From: Eledone cirrhosa
Taxonomy: Eukaryota
Direction: 5' to 3'
DNA: 64,000 nt
Assembly: GCA_964016885.1 (NCBI GenBank)
Contig: OZ024741.1
Location: 207,576,001-207,640,000, forward strand
Of this stretch, positions 12,609-27,770 are shown piece after piece. Position 1 is the first letter of the stretch. Each line of letters opens with the position of its first letter. A program made the position numbers and the translations under genes. The notes beneath the pieces are model-generated. The model searched no databases. It was not told the origin of the DNA and saw only the letters and a program-made list of their open reading frames with translations.

Positions 12609-13186
12609 GAGACGTAAAAATATTGATCTCTTGTTTCAACACAAGACAAATATTTACAGAGTGGAGGAAGAAGGAGGGAGGTATAGTCAATTGGATTGGT
12701 GAATCGATTGATCACAGAATATTACTGGTACTTATTGATTTATTACACCGAACTACAACTACAATCTCAATATGTACTCACAGTGAACCTCTACACGGTC
12801 TCTCAACCTGCTAAAAAAGGCAATCAAAACGTTGTCAGTTCCCATCATACCATATTTGGAAAGAAGTGAACTTATTGGATGATGAAAGTCCTATATATCC
12901 CTAAAAATACGGGATGGTCCCACATGGAATATGTTTAATCATATAATTGCTTAGTGAAGTCTGCCCTGGGGCTAAACATCAATAAAGAACCTCTACATGG
13001 GTCGCTTTACCTAACCGAAACAGCAGCAAAGTTTCCATCATATCACACTACACTGTGTTAAAAACAGGGAGGGACACGTTGGACAATATAATCCTTTATA
13101 ACAAAACAAAACAAAATGGATGGTCGCAGTTAGAATGCTTTTGATCACGTTTACTCAATCAGTGTTGACCTATGGCTAAAAGCGCG

Positions 13187-13273
<87 letters not shown>

Positions 13274-13954
13274 GAACGCACACGGCATGAGAAAGGAGGT
13301 GGTTTGTTAGGTATGGAATTCCGTGTTTCAATGTTGACCTTAGTTTAGCATGAATCCAGGGCAGTAGAACATGGCTCTATCATCAGTCAGTGTCTTGCGT
13401 CACATACCTTTATCGACCCCTACCTCACAAATCTCTCCCTTTCTATTAAATGTTGATATAATTCCCTCCCCGCCAGACATAATCCTCCGCCCCAACTTGT
13501 TCTCTTCTTTTCAGGAAGTATTTACAATAAACACAGCTGAAACACATTTTAACACATTACTTTAGTTATTTCTGTCAGATCGCGGAACACCAAGGAATTA
13601 ACAAACACACTTAAAGAAAGAAAGATATTGATGGGAAAGGATTAGAGTTCTAATTCCACATAATCCCCTTTAATCCCTAGCGGTCGTCTTTGAAAGTTGC
13701 CCAAACATCTTTTTTATTTACATATTTACCCTATAACAAGTATGTCCGGTTGGAGAGTCTGATATTCATTACTATAGAATTATTTAGGTGTATGTGAACA
13801 TGAATATGTATAATCGCTAGGTTCCTATGTCTATCTCTTATGTATATCCTTGCATGTATTTTAAGTGTCCCAACTCACAATTCCGCCAAAAGTGAACAGT
13901 GCAGGTATTTTTCGCAACTTTTCTATGTTGTTATTTCTCAGTCTTATATAAAGT

Positions 13955-14137
13955 CAGTGCCAGATTTATAATTGTGGTTAGATTTGCTTAAGCACATGGC
14001 CCCGTTGGCCATGGGTGGGGGTGGGGTGGCATCTTACTGCAATTTTTTTTAATGATGAATTATCTCCTTTAGGGCCCAAGTAAAGAGCCTCATAACTTAA
14101 CTAGCACAGGGCCTCATTCGTCCTAAATCCGGCACTG
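13955..14137. mobile_element. hAT-like MITE
   Basis: TIRs cagtgccagattta / taaatccggcactg; 8-bp flanks tataaagt / tttaaagt (TSD with one mismatch); related units at 59488 and 59931. Confidence 0.8.
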
Positions 14138-14485
14138 TTTAAAGTGACCGCCTTGTTACTTTGTCAGACTCTGAAACATGTTTATACCAAAGATTCATGA
14201 TGTCAACAACTGCTATATATTATGTTAACAGGGCACACGAGGTGATTAGTCATTGACATATCTAAATGCCCTAGAATATAACTCGTAGTAAAATTTCCAT
14301 ATATTCATTATATAGTATATTTTAAGTTCATTTGTTTGCTTAATTGATAAAGTCATAAAGTTACAATCACTGACAATTTGTTGTCATTGTGCTACCTCAG
14401 TGATTTTAGCGATTAAATATCTCGCTAAAAAGATCAAGATCAAAAATCGTACTGGCTTATGTATGTATATATGTATGTCTGTATG

Positions 14486-14993
14486 TTCTCTCTTTCTCTT
14501 AATTTCGAGTATATTTTTTTGACCGGCCACCTTCCTGGTGGCAAGGTTGTAAAAGAAAAGAAATTGTCATCCCTTGAATCGCAAGAATGTTTTGCAAATT
14601 TTGAAGGTGCCAGCTATCGCAGCCATTTGTAGACTATGAATTAGGGAGCTGCGCTCTTTGTCTGCAAATCCAAGTTCAGTCATACTTTGGTCCAAGCGGG
14701 TTGGTATATAACCCGTAGCTCCAATAATGATGGGTATGAAGCTAAAGGTGTATCTTGGATACTGGATTTGTAAACTCCTCATCAATGGTCCGTAGATGTC
14801 CTCCTTCTCCTGTATTTTTCTGACAACATTTACATCAAGTGGGCAGCTGATCTCCACAACAGAACACGTTTTCAATGTGTGGTCCCAAACTACAATATCA
14901 AGCCGGTTGTGCTTTAATTTGGTGGCAGCTTTTATTTTCAGGTTCCACCAGTATTCCTTAGTGCCATCTGTCTCAATATATTCTTCCTCGTTG
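14486..14993 (-). mobile_element. R4/Dong-like non-LTR 3' fragment (restriction-like endonuclease)
   Basis: EYWWN..HNRLDIVVWD..CSVVEISCPLDVNV..EKEDIY..FIPIIIGATG; (CATA)n-type repeats on both sides. Confidence 0.75.
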
Positions 14994-15028
14994 CATGTAT
15001 GTATGTATGTATGCATGTGTGTATACAG

Positions 15029-15167
<139 letters not shown>

Positions 15168-15180
15168 TGTGCGCGTGCAA

Positions 15181-15405
15181 TAGTAATAATAATAAATATG
15201 AAGACTAAAATCCAAAGAGGGCTCGATAAGAATAAATATATATCAAATATATAAGAACCGTAGAGCAAATATTTATTAAAATAACAGATTAAAGTTTAAG
15301 ATCCCGTTAAGGGTGAAAGCAGCGATTATTTGCTTAAACTTTCATCCCGTTAAGGATGAAAGCAGCGATTCTTTGCTAAAACTTTAATCTGTTATTTTAA
15401 TAAAT
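15181..15405. mobile_element. Rearranged pseudo-LTR end of PLE family A (inverted piece plus tandem pieces)
   Basis: 15181-15300 is the reverse complement of about 8872-8990, followed by two direct copies of atcccgttaagggtgaaagcagcgatt (about 8841-8885); ends in (TA)n. Confidence 0.85.
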
Positions 15406-15417
15406 ATATATATATAT

Positions 15418-15630
15418 ATATATTAATAAGAGGAATTCCAACTTTGTCTGATTTACTCGTTTTATTTGCAATCCTTTAAAATTTATAATGGTATTAGTAT
15501 CATACTATTTCATTATAATACCATTATAAATTTTAAAGGATTGTAAATAAAACGAGTAAATCAGACAAAGTTGGAATTCCTCTTATTAATATAATCTTCT
15601 ATACACAATCATACACACCCGTGTATATTT
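15418..15630. repeat. Fold-back module (~78-bp arms, ~19-nt loop, short tail) in (TA)n
   Basis: Arms at about 15418-15496 and 15516-15593 are near-perfect reverse complements. Confidence 0.9.
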
Positions 15631-15674
15631 ATCTATCTATATATATATATGTGGCTAATAAAGAAATCTATCTA

Positions 15675-15730
<56 letters not shown>

Positions 15731-15733
<3 letters not shown>

Positions 15734-16017
15734 GGAATCCCCAAAAATGTATACATAAATAATCTTTAAATTATACATTAAAACAAATTCTGTTTCATAT
15801 GCATTATTTATATTATGTACCAGTAATACACTGGGTATTTGCTGGCCTTGTGCCAAAAGTAGCAACAATTATTTATATTATGTAAACATTTTTGGATGTT
15901 TTCATACTATTGAATTATGTCTGTAGATCATTTTATTTTTGGGAAATGCTGTGAATTCTAATAAATATTGCCTGTACAGGTAATCAAAGTGTGTATACAT
16001 CTTTTGGGGATACCTTG
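15731..16017. mobile_element. Tc1/mariner-type MITE
   Basis: Imperfect ~26-bp TIRs cagggaatccccaaaaatgtatacat / gtgtatacatcttttggggataccttg, flanked by TA. Confidence 0.7.
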
Positions 16018-16510
16018 TATATATGTCAAGAGAGTGAGGGCGGGAGCGAGGAAGATAGAGTCACACACACAGAGTGAGCGTCAGAAAGAGAGGGAGAAAG
16101 GGAGAGAGAGGGGGAATAAGAAAGTGATAAATGAAAGAAAAGTAGCTTGTGAGTTAATGAAACTGAAATACATTTTGTTGTAAGCATAACAAAAATAATA
16201 TCTCACCAAATATTATGAAAATGAATCGGCGTGTCCAACGTTTGCGCATCATTGTATAAATTCAATCTTTCCTGATGATATATTCGTCGGTAAATGTTGC
16301 CAAGTAGTATCTTCTCATCTATTATAGTAAAGTCTTGTTGCTCCAGATATGACTGCTGCAGTTTTAATCCTTGAAATTACATTGGTTAAATTTAAAGCAG
16401 CGAAAATATTTGGCAACGATGATTGGTTAAAAGAAAAATCGCTGACATCGGCTATCCGGTAATTGTTACTTAACTAACTATCTGACTATGTATGTATGTA
16501 TGTATGTATG

Positions 16511-17356
16511 TTCTTCTGGTTTTATAATTTCACAAATTTTTTCCCAATAGAGAGAGAGTTGGTTTCTAACATAGACACAAGATTCTCTCATTGGAATTTA
16601 CACAACATCAACTAGGTAGATTATGTATGCATGCATGTGTAGATATGGTTGTTATTGTATGTGTGGATGTGGATGTTTTGAGTTGTATGTGTGCATGTGT
16701 ATATGCTTTGCATCTGTACATGTGTATATGCAGTTATTAGATGCAAAATATTTGGAATGTTTTACATATTTTTACTGTTCCATTAATGGATTGTACTTGT
16801 AATTTCCTAACTAGTTGTGTTCTTTCTGTTCGCCTAGCTTCTCAAGATTTGTATTGAGGCAGTTACTAACATACCCCAGTGCCCCAATAATCACAGGCAT
16901 AAATCTGAAGGTGTAATCAGGGTGGAGTATCTGCAGATTTCTCATAAGTTCTGCATAAATATTCTCCTTTTCGCTAATCTTTGATATTATATTGGCATCT
17001 GCTGGGCAGCTAATTTCCACTATTGTGCATGCTTTCTTCTCCCTGTCACATATAATAATATCTGGTATGTTCTGCCTGCATTTTATTGGGGTTTTACTGG
17101 AACATTCCACCAGTACTCTTTCATATTATGTACATGGATGTCTTCCACATTGCTGTAGCTTTTAATGTGTTTATTATCGGGGCTATCTTTTTTACGAACT
17201 GTATTGTACAGTGTTTTGGCCACTACATCATACCTCATAGGTAGATAGTATCGCGATGACATATTTGGACAGCTGTTGATGACATGGGTGATATCCTCGA
17301 TGTTAGTTCTGCAGAGTCTGCACTTGTTATCACATCTAGGTGTTTTGCCTGCATCC
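16511..17356 (-). mobile_element. R4/Dong-like non-LTR 3' fragment
   Basis: CRLC..EDITHVINSCP zinc knuckle, RYYLPMRYDVVAK and PDIIICDREKKACTIVEISCPAD; 3' end ...ccagaagaa|catacatacatac. Confidence 0.8.
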
Positions 17357-18530
17357 CTATCTTAGAGTTTCCCCAAGAACTAATACTCTATAGAACGGCA
17401 AGGTGGAGTTTTCACATATCGCAGTGCCTGATTGATGGAGCGCTGTGAGCGCCTGAAAACATTCCAGTTTCCAAGCGAACCCCTCGGTCTCCGCTTGACC
17501 CAGAACTGCAGCTCCGTCAAGGAGACAACCTGGGGAACAAGCGTTTGGTGTACGGCGACCACTCCTGTTCACTGTTAAGGAAAATATGAAAATTTCGTCA
17601 CCGCAGCGCATGTTTGCGCATCATCAGCCACGGCATTCCCAGAAAACGCAGCAGTGTTGACCACCGAAACGCGTCCCTTCTACAAGGACCGGAAGAGCAA
17701 ACGCTCTAGTGCAGTCAAACGGGGTTTAGTAAAAGGCAAGATGGTCAAGTGGTAGTAGATGACGGACGCAATGTACGCGTTCGCCAACTCTGTCCTCTCG
17801 GCCAATTTCTGTGAGATTGGCCACTCTGTTCATCACCTCGTCCCAGCTTTTCTCCATTTGAAGGTCCGGACCAAACTGGACCCCGTGTAATTTAACCGGT
17901 CCGTTTCTCCAGCGTCCGGCGACGGTGTTGGACGGCATGCACCTGATTCTCTAGGGGCCGATTTGCAAGCCCACCGACTTTTCCTGATTAATTTTCGCTC
18001 CTGTCAGCACTTCGCATTCCCCCAGAGCAGCGCCGATCACCTCGAGGCTTTTGGTGCTCGACACTACTACGGTGACATAGTCGCCATAAGTTGACATAGA
18101 TCTCCCATATCCTAGTTCATGTGTCAATGTCTCTAATTTTTTGCAGTAGTGGCTCGAGAGATAATACATACAACAGAGACGAGAGGCGGCAGCTTTGGCA
18201 GACCGAGCACATGATGTTGAACGGTTCCGAGAGGTGACAATTCATTCTAACCACAGAACAGATGTCACTGTCCATAGCAGAGTGACATCCTCTGTAAACG
18301 GGCCTAAAGCCGAAAGTCGACCTTATCGAATGCTTTCGAATGAGTTATGTGGATCAATTCCCCACCCCACTCGTGCCAAGTTCCTTAGGCACCCTCTCTA
18401 TGATGTATAACATAAGATAGATGTTGTCGGGGATGGTTCTCATGGGAATGTCACATGTTTGCGCTTCCTCTACCAGACCACCCACGACAAGCGCCAACCT
18501 CGTCGTTGGCCAAAATTCTGAAAAGTTAAA
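17357..18530 (-). mobile_element. Degraded Tx1/L1-like LINE RT fragment
   Basis: QTCDIPMRTIPDNIYLM; YGDYVTVVV (degenerate YADD); GAKINQEKSVGLQIG; GVQFGPDLQMEKSW. Confidence 0.7.
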
Positions 18531-19556
18531 ACCAAGTTGTCTCTGATCGAGGCAAAGCGAGAGTGTATATGAATACATATAGAAATGTCTTTGACAGCAT
18601 TTACCTGTTCTAGCTATGAATTTCTCATTTTTATAAGTATTCAAATACACTCTCGATTCGTCTCGATCAAATACAACATTTTTTCAACTTCATCATAGCT
18701 ATGATTATTTTACAATTTAGGACAGACACCACAACTCTAGGTTCACTATCCCATTATTCTATTTTTAAAAATTTATTTCATCCTTTTATTTGTGTTGTTT
18801 GTTTTATCACACACTCACATCATACCAAAAGAAAGATTTATTTTTCTGTTGCACGATCCAGCATTTTAAAATGGTACTCTAAAGTAAATTGTGTAAAACT
18901 ATTTTTCTAGTTTGAGAGCTTATGAGGATAAAGATGTGTGTGTATAAACTTATCTTGTACATCGCCTATCTTAATTTCCTTCTTCCAGTCACTTCAGTGC
19001 GCCAGCGTACTTCTCCTTGTCATCCTCCTCTTTCAATCTTTTCTATAATTCATCTGCCTGTCACCCACCTTGTGGATTGTCTCTCTGTTGACCATTGACC
19101 GCTGGTCTCTGTCCTTTGAGACATTTTCCCCATCGTTGATACTGAACGTTATATTTTACTTTTTATCACTGATAAGTTTTAATTACGTATTTAGGCTTCC
19201 ATACAATTTTAATAATTTCCCGATAATATTTGTATTGCAATTGTCTATATTTTTTCGCACTTGTATAATGTTTTGGATATGTAAGTTAAATATTATTTGT
19301 ACTTAATTGATTCTGGTGAGCTTATTTTAACAGGAATGGAATATTCCGGCTATTCTAACGAATTTAATTCCTTGTTAATCATTATTCTTTTATATATATG
19401 CTATGTGATATTGTATAACTACTGTGATTGGAAATTTACCGATTGGATTAAACTCTGAATTGACTCTCACCGATCTTGCTGTGGACTATAAAATCACAGT
19501 GAGCTTTAAAATGCTCTTTGCCTTAATGTTGTTGTATTATTAACTCACTTAAACTC

Positions 19557-19669
<113 letters not shown>

Positions 19670-20509
19670 ATTATGCATACACGCGCGCATGCGCACACGC
19701 ACACACATACATATACATATGTACGTATGGGTTATATCGATCATTGATAATAATAATCGATTCGTTTGCAAGCAAACGGACCGATAAAGCTGTCCTGTGC
19801 CTTGATGACCAATCGTCATTCGTTTGTTCAACAGTGGCAATCGGCTGAATGGATTAAATGTATAGTATTTTCTGAAGTATACATCGGTTGATTAACTTCA
19901 TTTGCATACAAAGCGAGTTACGGCTGTCATTGACCAACACTTAAAAGTACAGATATAAATAGATATATATAGATAGTATATAAAAGTTCTTTCGTCACAC
20001 ATCTGTGACATCATCAGTGGTACTATTATGTTTCCTCATATCAAAAACCTTCCAAAACAAATAAATATATATATATATTTATATACACACACACATAACA
20101 AACAAATTGTTTATCGCTCTATATGGCTGAATACAATAAATGTAATCTGAGTTTTTCGAATATTAAAATTAATCGCTCGTATACATGAAACTGACAAGCC
20201 TATCTGCTGACACGCAAATCTGGCTGATCAGTGGGTCTGCTAATATGCAGACCTGACTGATCAGCCAGTCTGCGAATGTGCAAATCAGGCCGATCATTTA
20301 CTGTATATTTTAGAAAATATATATTTTCACTATCTCTGATAGTTGACAGGTAAGCAGTGTACTGCAGTGATGAAGGGTAAGCACCCAGAAACAGTAGTCT
20401 CTGCAGTTCTGTTTACATGGCAACACAAGAGCAAGAATGAGGCGGTCATTCTACTGATATGGCTTTAAAGAGGCTGTTTGCATAATTGCAAATGAATCGA
20501 ATATCATTA

Positions 20510-20679
20510 TAGAGTTACGGCCCTTGCCATTCTGAGTTCAAATCCCGCCGAGGTTAACTTTGCCTTTCATCCTTACGGGGTCGATAAAATAAAGTACCAG
20601 TAATGTACTGGGTAATTACTGGCCTTGTGCCAAAAGTAGAAACAATTACTAATATTCGAGAAACTCAGATTACATTTAT

Positions 20680-20754
<75 letters not shown>

Positions 20755-21380
20755 GTGTGCGTTAGGGCTGAATATCCGTCAAACTTTTCACTTGTTTGAT
20801 CTTGAAATTAACGTGGTCAGAAACATCCGCGTGTGGTCTTTAAAAGCTAAAGGTGTTTTATCTCCCACTCTATTCATTCCACCAATCTTGAGGGGTAGCG
20901 TTTAGTAGAATGGTGGGATTAAGAACTAAATATATTACAGTATTTAATCATGTCATTCTATGTTCAAATCCAACCAAGATTGATTCTATCTTCTAAACCT
21001 CTCGGTTCATTAAAATAAAGAACCAGTCAAGTACTGGTTCGATTGCATCGAATTCACTTACCACAACCACAGAATGTTGGTCTTGTGTTGGAATTAGAAA
21101 CCACGAGGCATTTAGTTACGACCAATTGTATTCTGGGTTCAAATGTCACAAAGTCAACCTCCTTGCGGGGTCGAGAAATTAGAAATCATTAGTTTGGTAG
21201 TATTGGTAGAGGGTCAGACGCCATGCTTTGCAGCGTAGAGTTACGCCCCTTTGCGGTCTGAATTCAAATCCCGCCGTGGTTAACTTTGTCTTTCATCCTT
21301 ACGGGGTCGATAAAATAAAGTACCAGTAATACACTGGGACAAGTGTTGGCCGTGTGCCAAAAGTAGAAACAATTATTATC
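20510..21380 (+). mobile_element. Cluster of SINE copies (about 20510-20650, 20900-21100, 21190-21380)
   Basis: Shared core gagttcaaatcccgccgaggttaactttgcctttcatccttacggggtcgataaaataaagtaccagt..ggccttgtgccaaaagtagaaacaattatt, containing a B-box-like GTTCAAATC. Confidence 0.85.
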
Positions 21381-22137
21381 ATTAGGTCCTTTCTTCCAGG
21401 AAATTAATCAAAAGATGGTAAAGTTGCGAAAATGGCGTGAATGAGTCTACATTTAGCTTTCTCTGTAAGTAGAACAACGGCAGTTTGAAGAGGTCACTGG
21501 TCTTTCGTGGCTAGGCTGATTGTGGATTTGTGTGGTTCCTTAACTAACTAGATATTTAGGAAGATTGAATACCCTATATAATTGTATTTTAGGTATACCT
21601 AATTTGTATAATATCTATACATGTTACCAATTTTTCCTCATGGGTTTTAAACCACTATCTTGTATTTGTAATGTACCCCCGCTCCCAGCTTGTAACTTGT
21701 CTTTGTAATGTTTCCTTCATTCAATGAAATATAAAATAAATATTATGATTATTACTACTATTCATATACATTTTTGCTCTGGCAGATGTTAAACCGGCGC
21801 TATACCAAAAAGAGCGAGTCATAGCCAATAGCCAAAGTTCCTATTATTATAATTATTATTGTTTCGTCTGTCAAGACGTATTTGAATATAGTTCCGTAAG
21901 TTTTGTCAATTTTTAAGTGTTTACATTGCATTCATCCTTATATTTTGGTTACAAACTGTTTATAAGGCGCCACACATTGCACTGTTTTAAGGCGACCAAC
22001 TTAGAAAAGGTAATGGCAGTAAAGGAGAGGTTGAGACGGCACTGAAATGCATCAACAATAATGACATAGAACATATAGCAAGGGCCAAAATATATGAGAG
22101 CATCTTGGTGCTCTTCAAAACTTAGGCCCTTGCTATC

Positions 22138-24490
22138 ATGCATTCTGCGGTCCCCTGCAATACAGACCAAATAATCATGTACCCGTCCTACATGTGGAGG
22201 AGGACAGTAAGGGTCTGTGTTCCCAGGATTCCGCCAGAACTGGATTTATGGTGTCTCCTTGGATGCGTGGTGGCAGAGGGTCCTGACACCCTCCTCGACG
22301 TCAAATTTACAAAAAGGGAGAGGTGGTCCGGGACTGGTTTGGAGATTCTTCTCCAAATCAGACCTGAAGACATAAAAAATATCCACATTAAACTATGGTT
22401 ACGAGATCCAGGTAGTCACAGAGGGAAAACGGCCCCATTGTTTCGTTTGTGGTGAAGCCACACACTTGTGAGCCTTTTGCCCCCAGCTGAAAACTGCAGG
22501 GGTTCACAAACCTCGGCTGTTGCAAATACCGTTGCCAGGACAAAGGACATCACCAGCACCACCAGTAGCAGCAGCAGCAGAAGCAACAGTAAAGGAAACA
22601 ACACCACTAGCAACAGCAGCAGCAGCAACTCCAACAAGGACCATTAAAACCCAGGGAATCACCCAAAAAGTGGGGACCCCAAAAAACAAAAAAAAGCCAA
22701 AAATAAAACAAAAAGAAAAAGAAAAATTCAACATCATGCACACCAACAAACACAAAAAACACCAACAACAAACACAGACGCACCCACAACACCAACTCCG
22801 CAATCGTCAACAAAAATACAACTACCACCAACACAACCGCAAATCATGCCTCACAAAAGAAAACACACGCAGACACCAACAACGATAAACACACTCAACT
22901 TCGAGTTACAAAAAGGGGCAACAAAAACCTTATTGTACTTATAACAAGACATTGAGAAAGAGGGAGAGATATTTGGCACCTGCACCTTGAAAGTGCCCCA
23001 AACACTGCTGATGGTGCGGATGCCAATAAACACAAAATCATTAAGGAGAGCTTTCCTAACGACGTGAAAGCGTCAAGATGGCTTTTAAAGGGGTTCCCAA
23101 TGGAAACCCTACCAACCATGGAGGTCGAATCACCCGACTTCCACAAGCCCCCGAGATGTAAGTAAACCTTTCCTCTCCATTTTAGCCTGACAGCATGGCC
23201 ATCCTAAGAGTAGGATGTTTAAATGTTCGTGGCTTGGGATCGTCCTGGAAGCAGGGTCACCTGATGAACGACATCAGATCACTAAATATCGATGTGATTG
23301 CCATCAGCAAGTCCATGATTAACGACACGTACGCACCAGCCCCCATTTTCGTCGACTCTCAGATCTTTGGATTTCTTAGTCGGCCGGGAATGAGAGGTGA
23401 GGTGGCATTGGTGTTTAGGAAAGATCTGGATCTCGAGGTAAGTTTGATCTTTCGGGACCCGGACGGTTACTATCTACTGGTGACTATCTACGCCCCAACC
23501 GGAGCCGGACGGCCGGACATCTTTAGGAACCTGGAAGCATTTCTGGATACGTCTCACCCTTTACTGTTAGCGGAGGACTGGAACGGCATCTTAGACGCAC
23601 GCTGGGATAGTGTGGGAATAGCTGATAGGAGCGGGGGTGGGGGTGGGGGTGAAAAAGCTTCAAGTATTTGATCAGCCAGTTCCAACTGCCTGACAGGTAA
23701 CGAATAGATTTCCCAAATGCGCCAGTTTGGACCTAGACCAAACACAGGGTCATCGTATATAGATAGATTTTTTTATTAGGTCAATAGATCAGGATAGTAT
23801 AGGTTGTACACACTTTCAAACGGTCGTCTATACAGATCACAGGTTTGTGATCTGTATGGTCATGTCGTTTCCGGCACGTAAGGCATACAAGGACCGGGTC
23901 AAAAATTTAATTAAGCAAAAGTTGTGGTGGACTCTCAAAAGTGAGATTAGAGTAATGTCGATAGGTTTTAGCAAAGAAGAAGCTTTAGAAAAAATAGAAA
24001 GGAGGAGGAGCTGGTAGCTGTGCTGTCCTTAATGTATCTTCATGTAAACCCTTTGTGGGCAATACAAAAAACATTATTATTATCATTATTTTCAAATTTC
24101 ATTTGAAATGGAAAATCAGGGGTAGGAGGGAAATACTCCCTACCCACCAATTTGTTGAAAGATGGGTAAAAGAGGCAAGTTTGGCCCTCCCGAGTGAATG
24201 GGCCTGCCCAGACTATTCGCCTGTAGATTAGTAGTGGAAAACTGGGAGAGGGCACTTGCCCTGGTGGTCAGGGTCACCGTGGCTTTTTTGTGGTCTTTCT
24301 CCACAAGTGAACCTCGGAAGTCTCCCCTCCATCGGGGAATTTTCCTTTGTTTCATTTTCCGTTGCATCCTTTGTTTTTGTTTTGTTTTTATTTTTACACG
24401 CAGAAACGCCCATTTGTACTGTTCTATGTTGTCTTTAATGTTATACTTTGTGCCAACACTTATGGTTAATAAAGAAATCATTATTATTGC
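22138..24490 (+). mobile_element. Internally deleted Tx1/L1-like LINE (ORF1 remnant, APE, 3' end)
   Basis: CCHC knuckle CFVCGEATHL*AFC at about 22437-22480; APE ORF 23195-23671 (VGCLNVRGL, IYAP, EDWN), later YIDRF and YTDH; 3' end with aataaa and (att)n. Confidence 0.8.
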
Positions 24491-25247
24491 AGATTAGGGA
24501 AATAATTTATAAATCTAAATGGACAAACAATTAAAAACCTTCGGCATCACTATTACTTCCACTCTATCACAACAACCAACACGGCAGTCACCACCACTAC
24601 TATCACACTGTAGTGTCCTATTTATCAAGAGACCTGTTAAGTAGCCAAACCTGGTGAGAATTTTCGTGCCAAACCTAAATAAACAACTTTCTCAGCTGTG
24701 TCAGAGAAATGTTTCTACATCAAATGCACACAGATACTTTTACACTTCCCCGCTACACACATTCTTACATACACACATATACACACACGCTTATATATAT
24801 ATATACAAATATAAATTACCGAGAATCGTATTTCGGCTATTGGAAATTAGCGAAAAACAACTTCCAAGATGTGTGGCAAACGCTCAATAGATTCTAACGA
24901 ACCAGAGCTACAACATACGTTAAAAGGCCAAACACACTGAGACGATGGTTAAACCATTATCCGCACCAGCCATAGAAACGACCAAGTAATTTGGGTCAAA
25001 CAAATCAAAAAATGTTATTGAAAAATTTACCCGGACCCCTGGATGGTTGGTGAAAATCCAGCATTTGGGTTTCTGCGACTCCTAAATCAAGTACTGTCCG
25101 CTTAGACAAATAATGTTAAGCTTTTGGTAAGATGATTGAACAAGGAAGTCACTTTCTCAACAGGCTTTTAGTTCAAGTGCCAGGCCAAGGATTGACCGTT
25201 ACCAATACCCACGTGGGGCTCGACAAGGGAGGCAATATATATATATA

Positions 25248-25312
<65 letters not shown>

Positions 25313-25343
25313 GTATATGTATATACATACATACAAACATATA

Positions 25344-26001
25344 TTTAACGAAGGTATAAGTAGAAATTAGTTAGAAGGATTTAACATAATTGTTAGATGA
25401 TTTTAGTTTATATATGGTTTACTTCACGTGAATCAATTAAAAAGTACATATAAAAAAATTACCAAGAGTTGTTAATTTTGTTATTGTTGTTTATGTGAAA
25501 CAGCGAGTAAACAGATAATGTTGTTGTTCTTATTTGGAGTCCGTGGTAGTAATTCTGAGACCGTAGTGAGTAAGAGAAAGTAATGGTTTGTATACCTCTG
25601 AATGGTCTGTAATTGGTTGTAGATCACTGTGGCTTGTACATGGTCTGTAGTAGTAGGGCTCCAATCTCTCTGTGTGTATCTGTAGACCTCATGGGGTCTG
25701 TTGATAGTGGTGAATCTTTCACATAGCTTGTTCTGTAGTGGGGTGCTCCGATGTCTCTATTTCTGTAGACCACTGGGGTCTGTTGATATCAGTGAATCCT
25801 TACATAGTTAGTTGCTAGCGTAATGCTCCGATGTCTCTGGCTAATGTGGGATGGTACAGGCTCTATATATAGCTGTCACTTCCTGTATCCCACCTTGAGG
25901 GGATAGTCAACACATCAACCTGTTCACACCAAAGGGTGTTGACCTAGAATTTGACCTTTAGGTGTCACCCAAGGTTCAAGGCGCGGACAGATTTCGCTAC
26001 A
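25344..26001 (-). mobile_element. Probable solo LTR
   Basis: Minus strand begins TGTAGCGAA and has an imperfect terminal inverted repeat (tttaacgaa...ttcgctaca); TATA-like motif near 25865; sits in TA/CATA repeats. Confidence 0.5.
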
Positions 26002-27568
26002 TATATACATACATACGTACATACGTACAAACATATACGTGTGTGTGTTTAAGGTGGTATGTATGTTTATGTTCGGTTAGGTGTGTTATAGCACACATAA
26101 TTACGCGAACATGAAAGATAGAAGAGAGTACTCAATACGAGTTGCAGAGTTTTATCATATTTATTAGTGGTTGAAAACTTTGCCAACTGTTACACCAAAA
26201 TTCATAGCTCTATTACTGTGAGAAAGGGAATCAATCTAACGTCAGTGACACATATGAAAGGTTTTCTGGTCTTGAATAAACAGATTTGTAAGAATGAAAG
26301 GCAAAGCTAACCTCCGTGGGATTTGAAATCAGAACATAAAGGGCTGTAATTCTATGCCACGAAGCATGGTGTCTGATACTGCCAATAATAGGAGGAAAGT
26401 AGGGGCAGGTGAAAAGATGGTCAAATCGGGGAAGTAACAAAGATAAACGCTGGCAAATGTGTAAAATGTGAATGCAGGAAAATAAAAATAAGAAAATTGA
26501 AGATAACTGATAGAAGGTCAATAAGAATGCTGGCAAATTTGACAACCAGACAATCAGGAAGGAAGGGTGGAAAAAATGAAATGCGGAGAAGGGAGAGAAT
26601 TAACATCAGAAGACAAGGTGAAAAAATATAATAGGAGTTGCCATATTTGAAACATACTAAAGAGGTAGAATCAACTGGGAATATTAAAGGCATTCATTAA
26701 TAGCTAAGGGCAAGGAAGTCACGGCATAATAATGAGGTATTTGACTCTGGGCATATAAATGAACATGAACCTTGGAGTAACGTAACTCCGCCATCTGAAC
26801 GGTGTTTCAGGAGTGGCCTGGTGAATTCATATGTACAGCTATGTGCTTGAAGAGTGCTTGTATTATTCCGAACGTGGAAAAGGGTACACGGAAGAGAACT
26901 CGTAGTTAACGGCTGGTTTTACCTATGCATAAAGATTTACAGAAATGTGTAGGTCGTAGGGACAATAAAAACAATAACAACTCGTTTTATAGCAGCCGAT
27001 TGGCTGGAATAGTCACCATTGCCCCTGAAATAATATCCTATCATCTTAAATAAAAAAAATAAATAAACTGAAAAATGTCGCCCTTGATTTACAAAAACAG
27101 AAGGTGCTCACACATGGAATGTCTATGATCAATGAATTTCGATGGGGGATAACGAGGGTCTAAATAACAGATAGATTAATACTTCCAAACTGTGTTACTC
27201 CTGTCATCTCCCTCTATTGAAACATGTCTACAATGAAGTTGTAATGTCGAGATGATCATTGCTCGACCGTCTTTGATAGTAAGTCTACTCGATTTAAACT
27301 GATCCTGGAATAAAACAACAGACGCCAGATTAATACTTCCAAGCGTGTTACACGTCGTTCCTCCCCTTTTATTAAAGCATATCCGTCTCCATGCTATAAT
27401 CAGCTCATCTCTAAGAACGTACAAGACTTCTTAGTCACGTCTCAATAAGGTTTAGATATTAGGATACACACACACAAACACTTATATATATATGCACATA
27501 CACACTGACGCACACTCACATACACACACACTGACACTCACACACCCATACACACTGACACACACACG

Positions 27569-27666
<98 letters not shown>

Positions 27667-27718
27667 AGTAGGCCGAATTTACTTGCAAACCGCCAGAGAT
27701 TCGATTTTACTGATTTCC

Positions 27719-27770
<52 letters not shown>

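Noticed and set aside
20200-20300. Three degenerate ~33-bp tandem units (ctg..gcaaatctggctgatca)
   Set aside because: Short and degenerate, with no supporting context.
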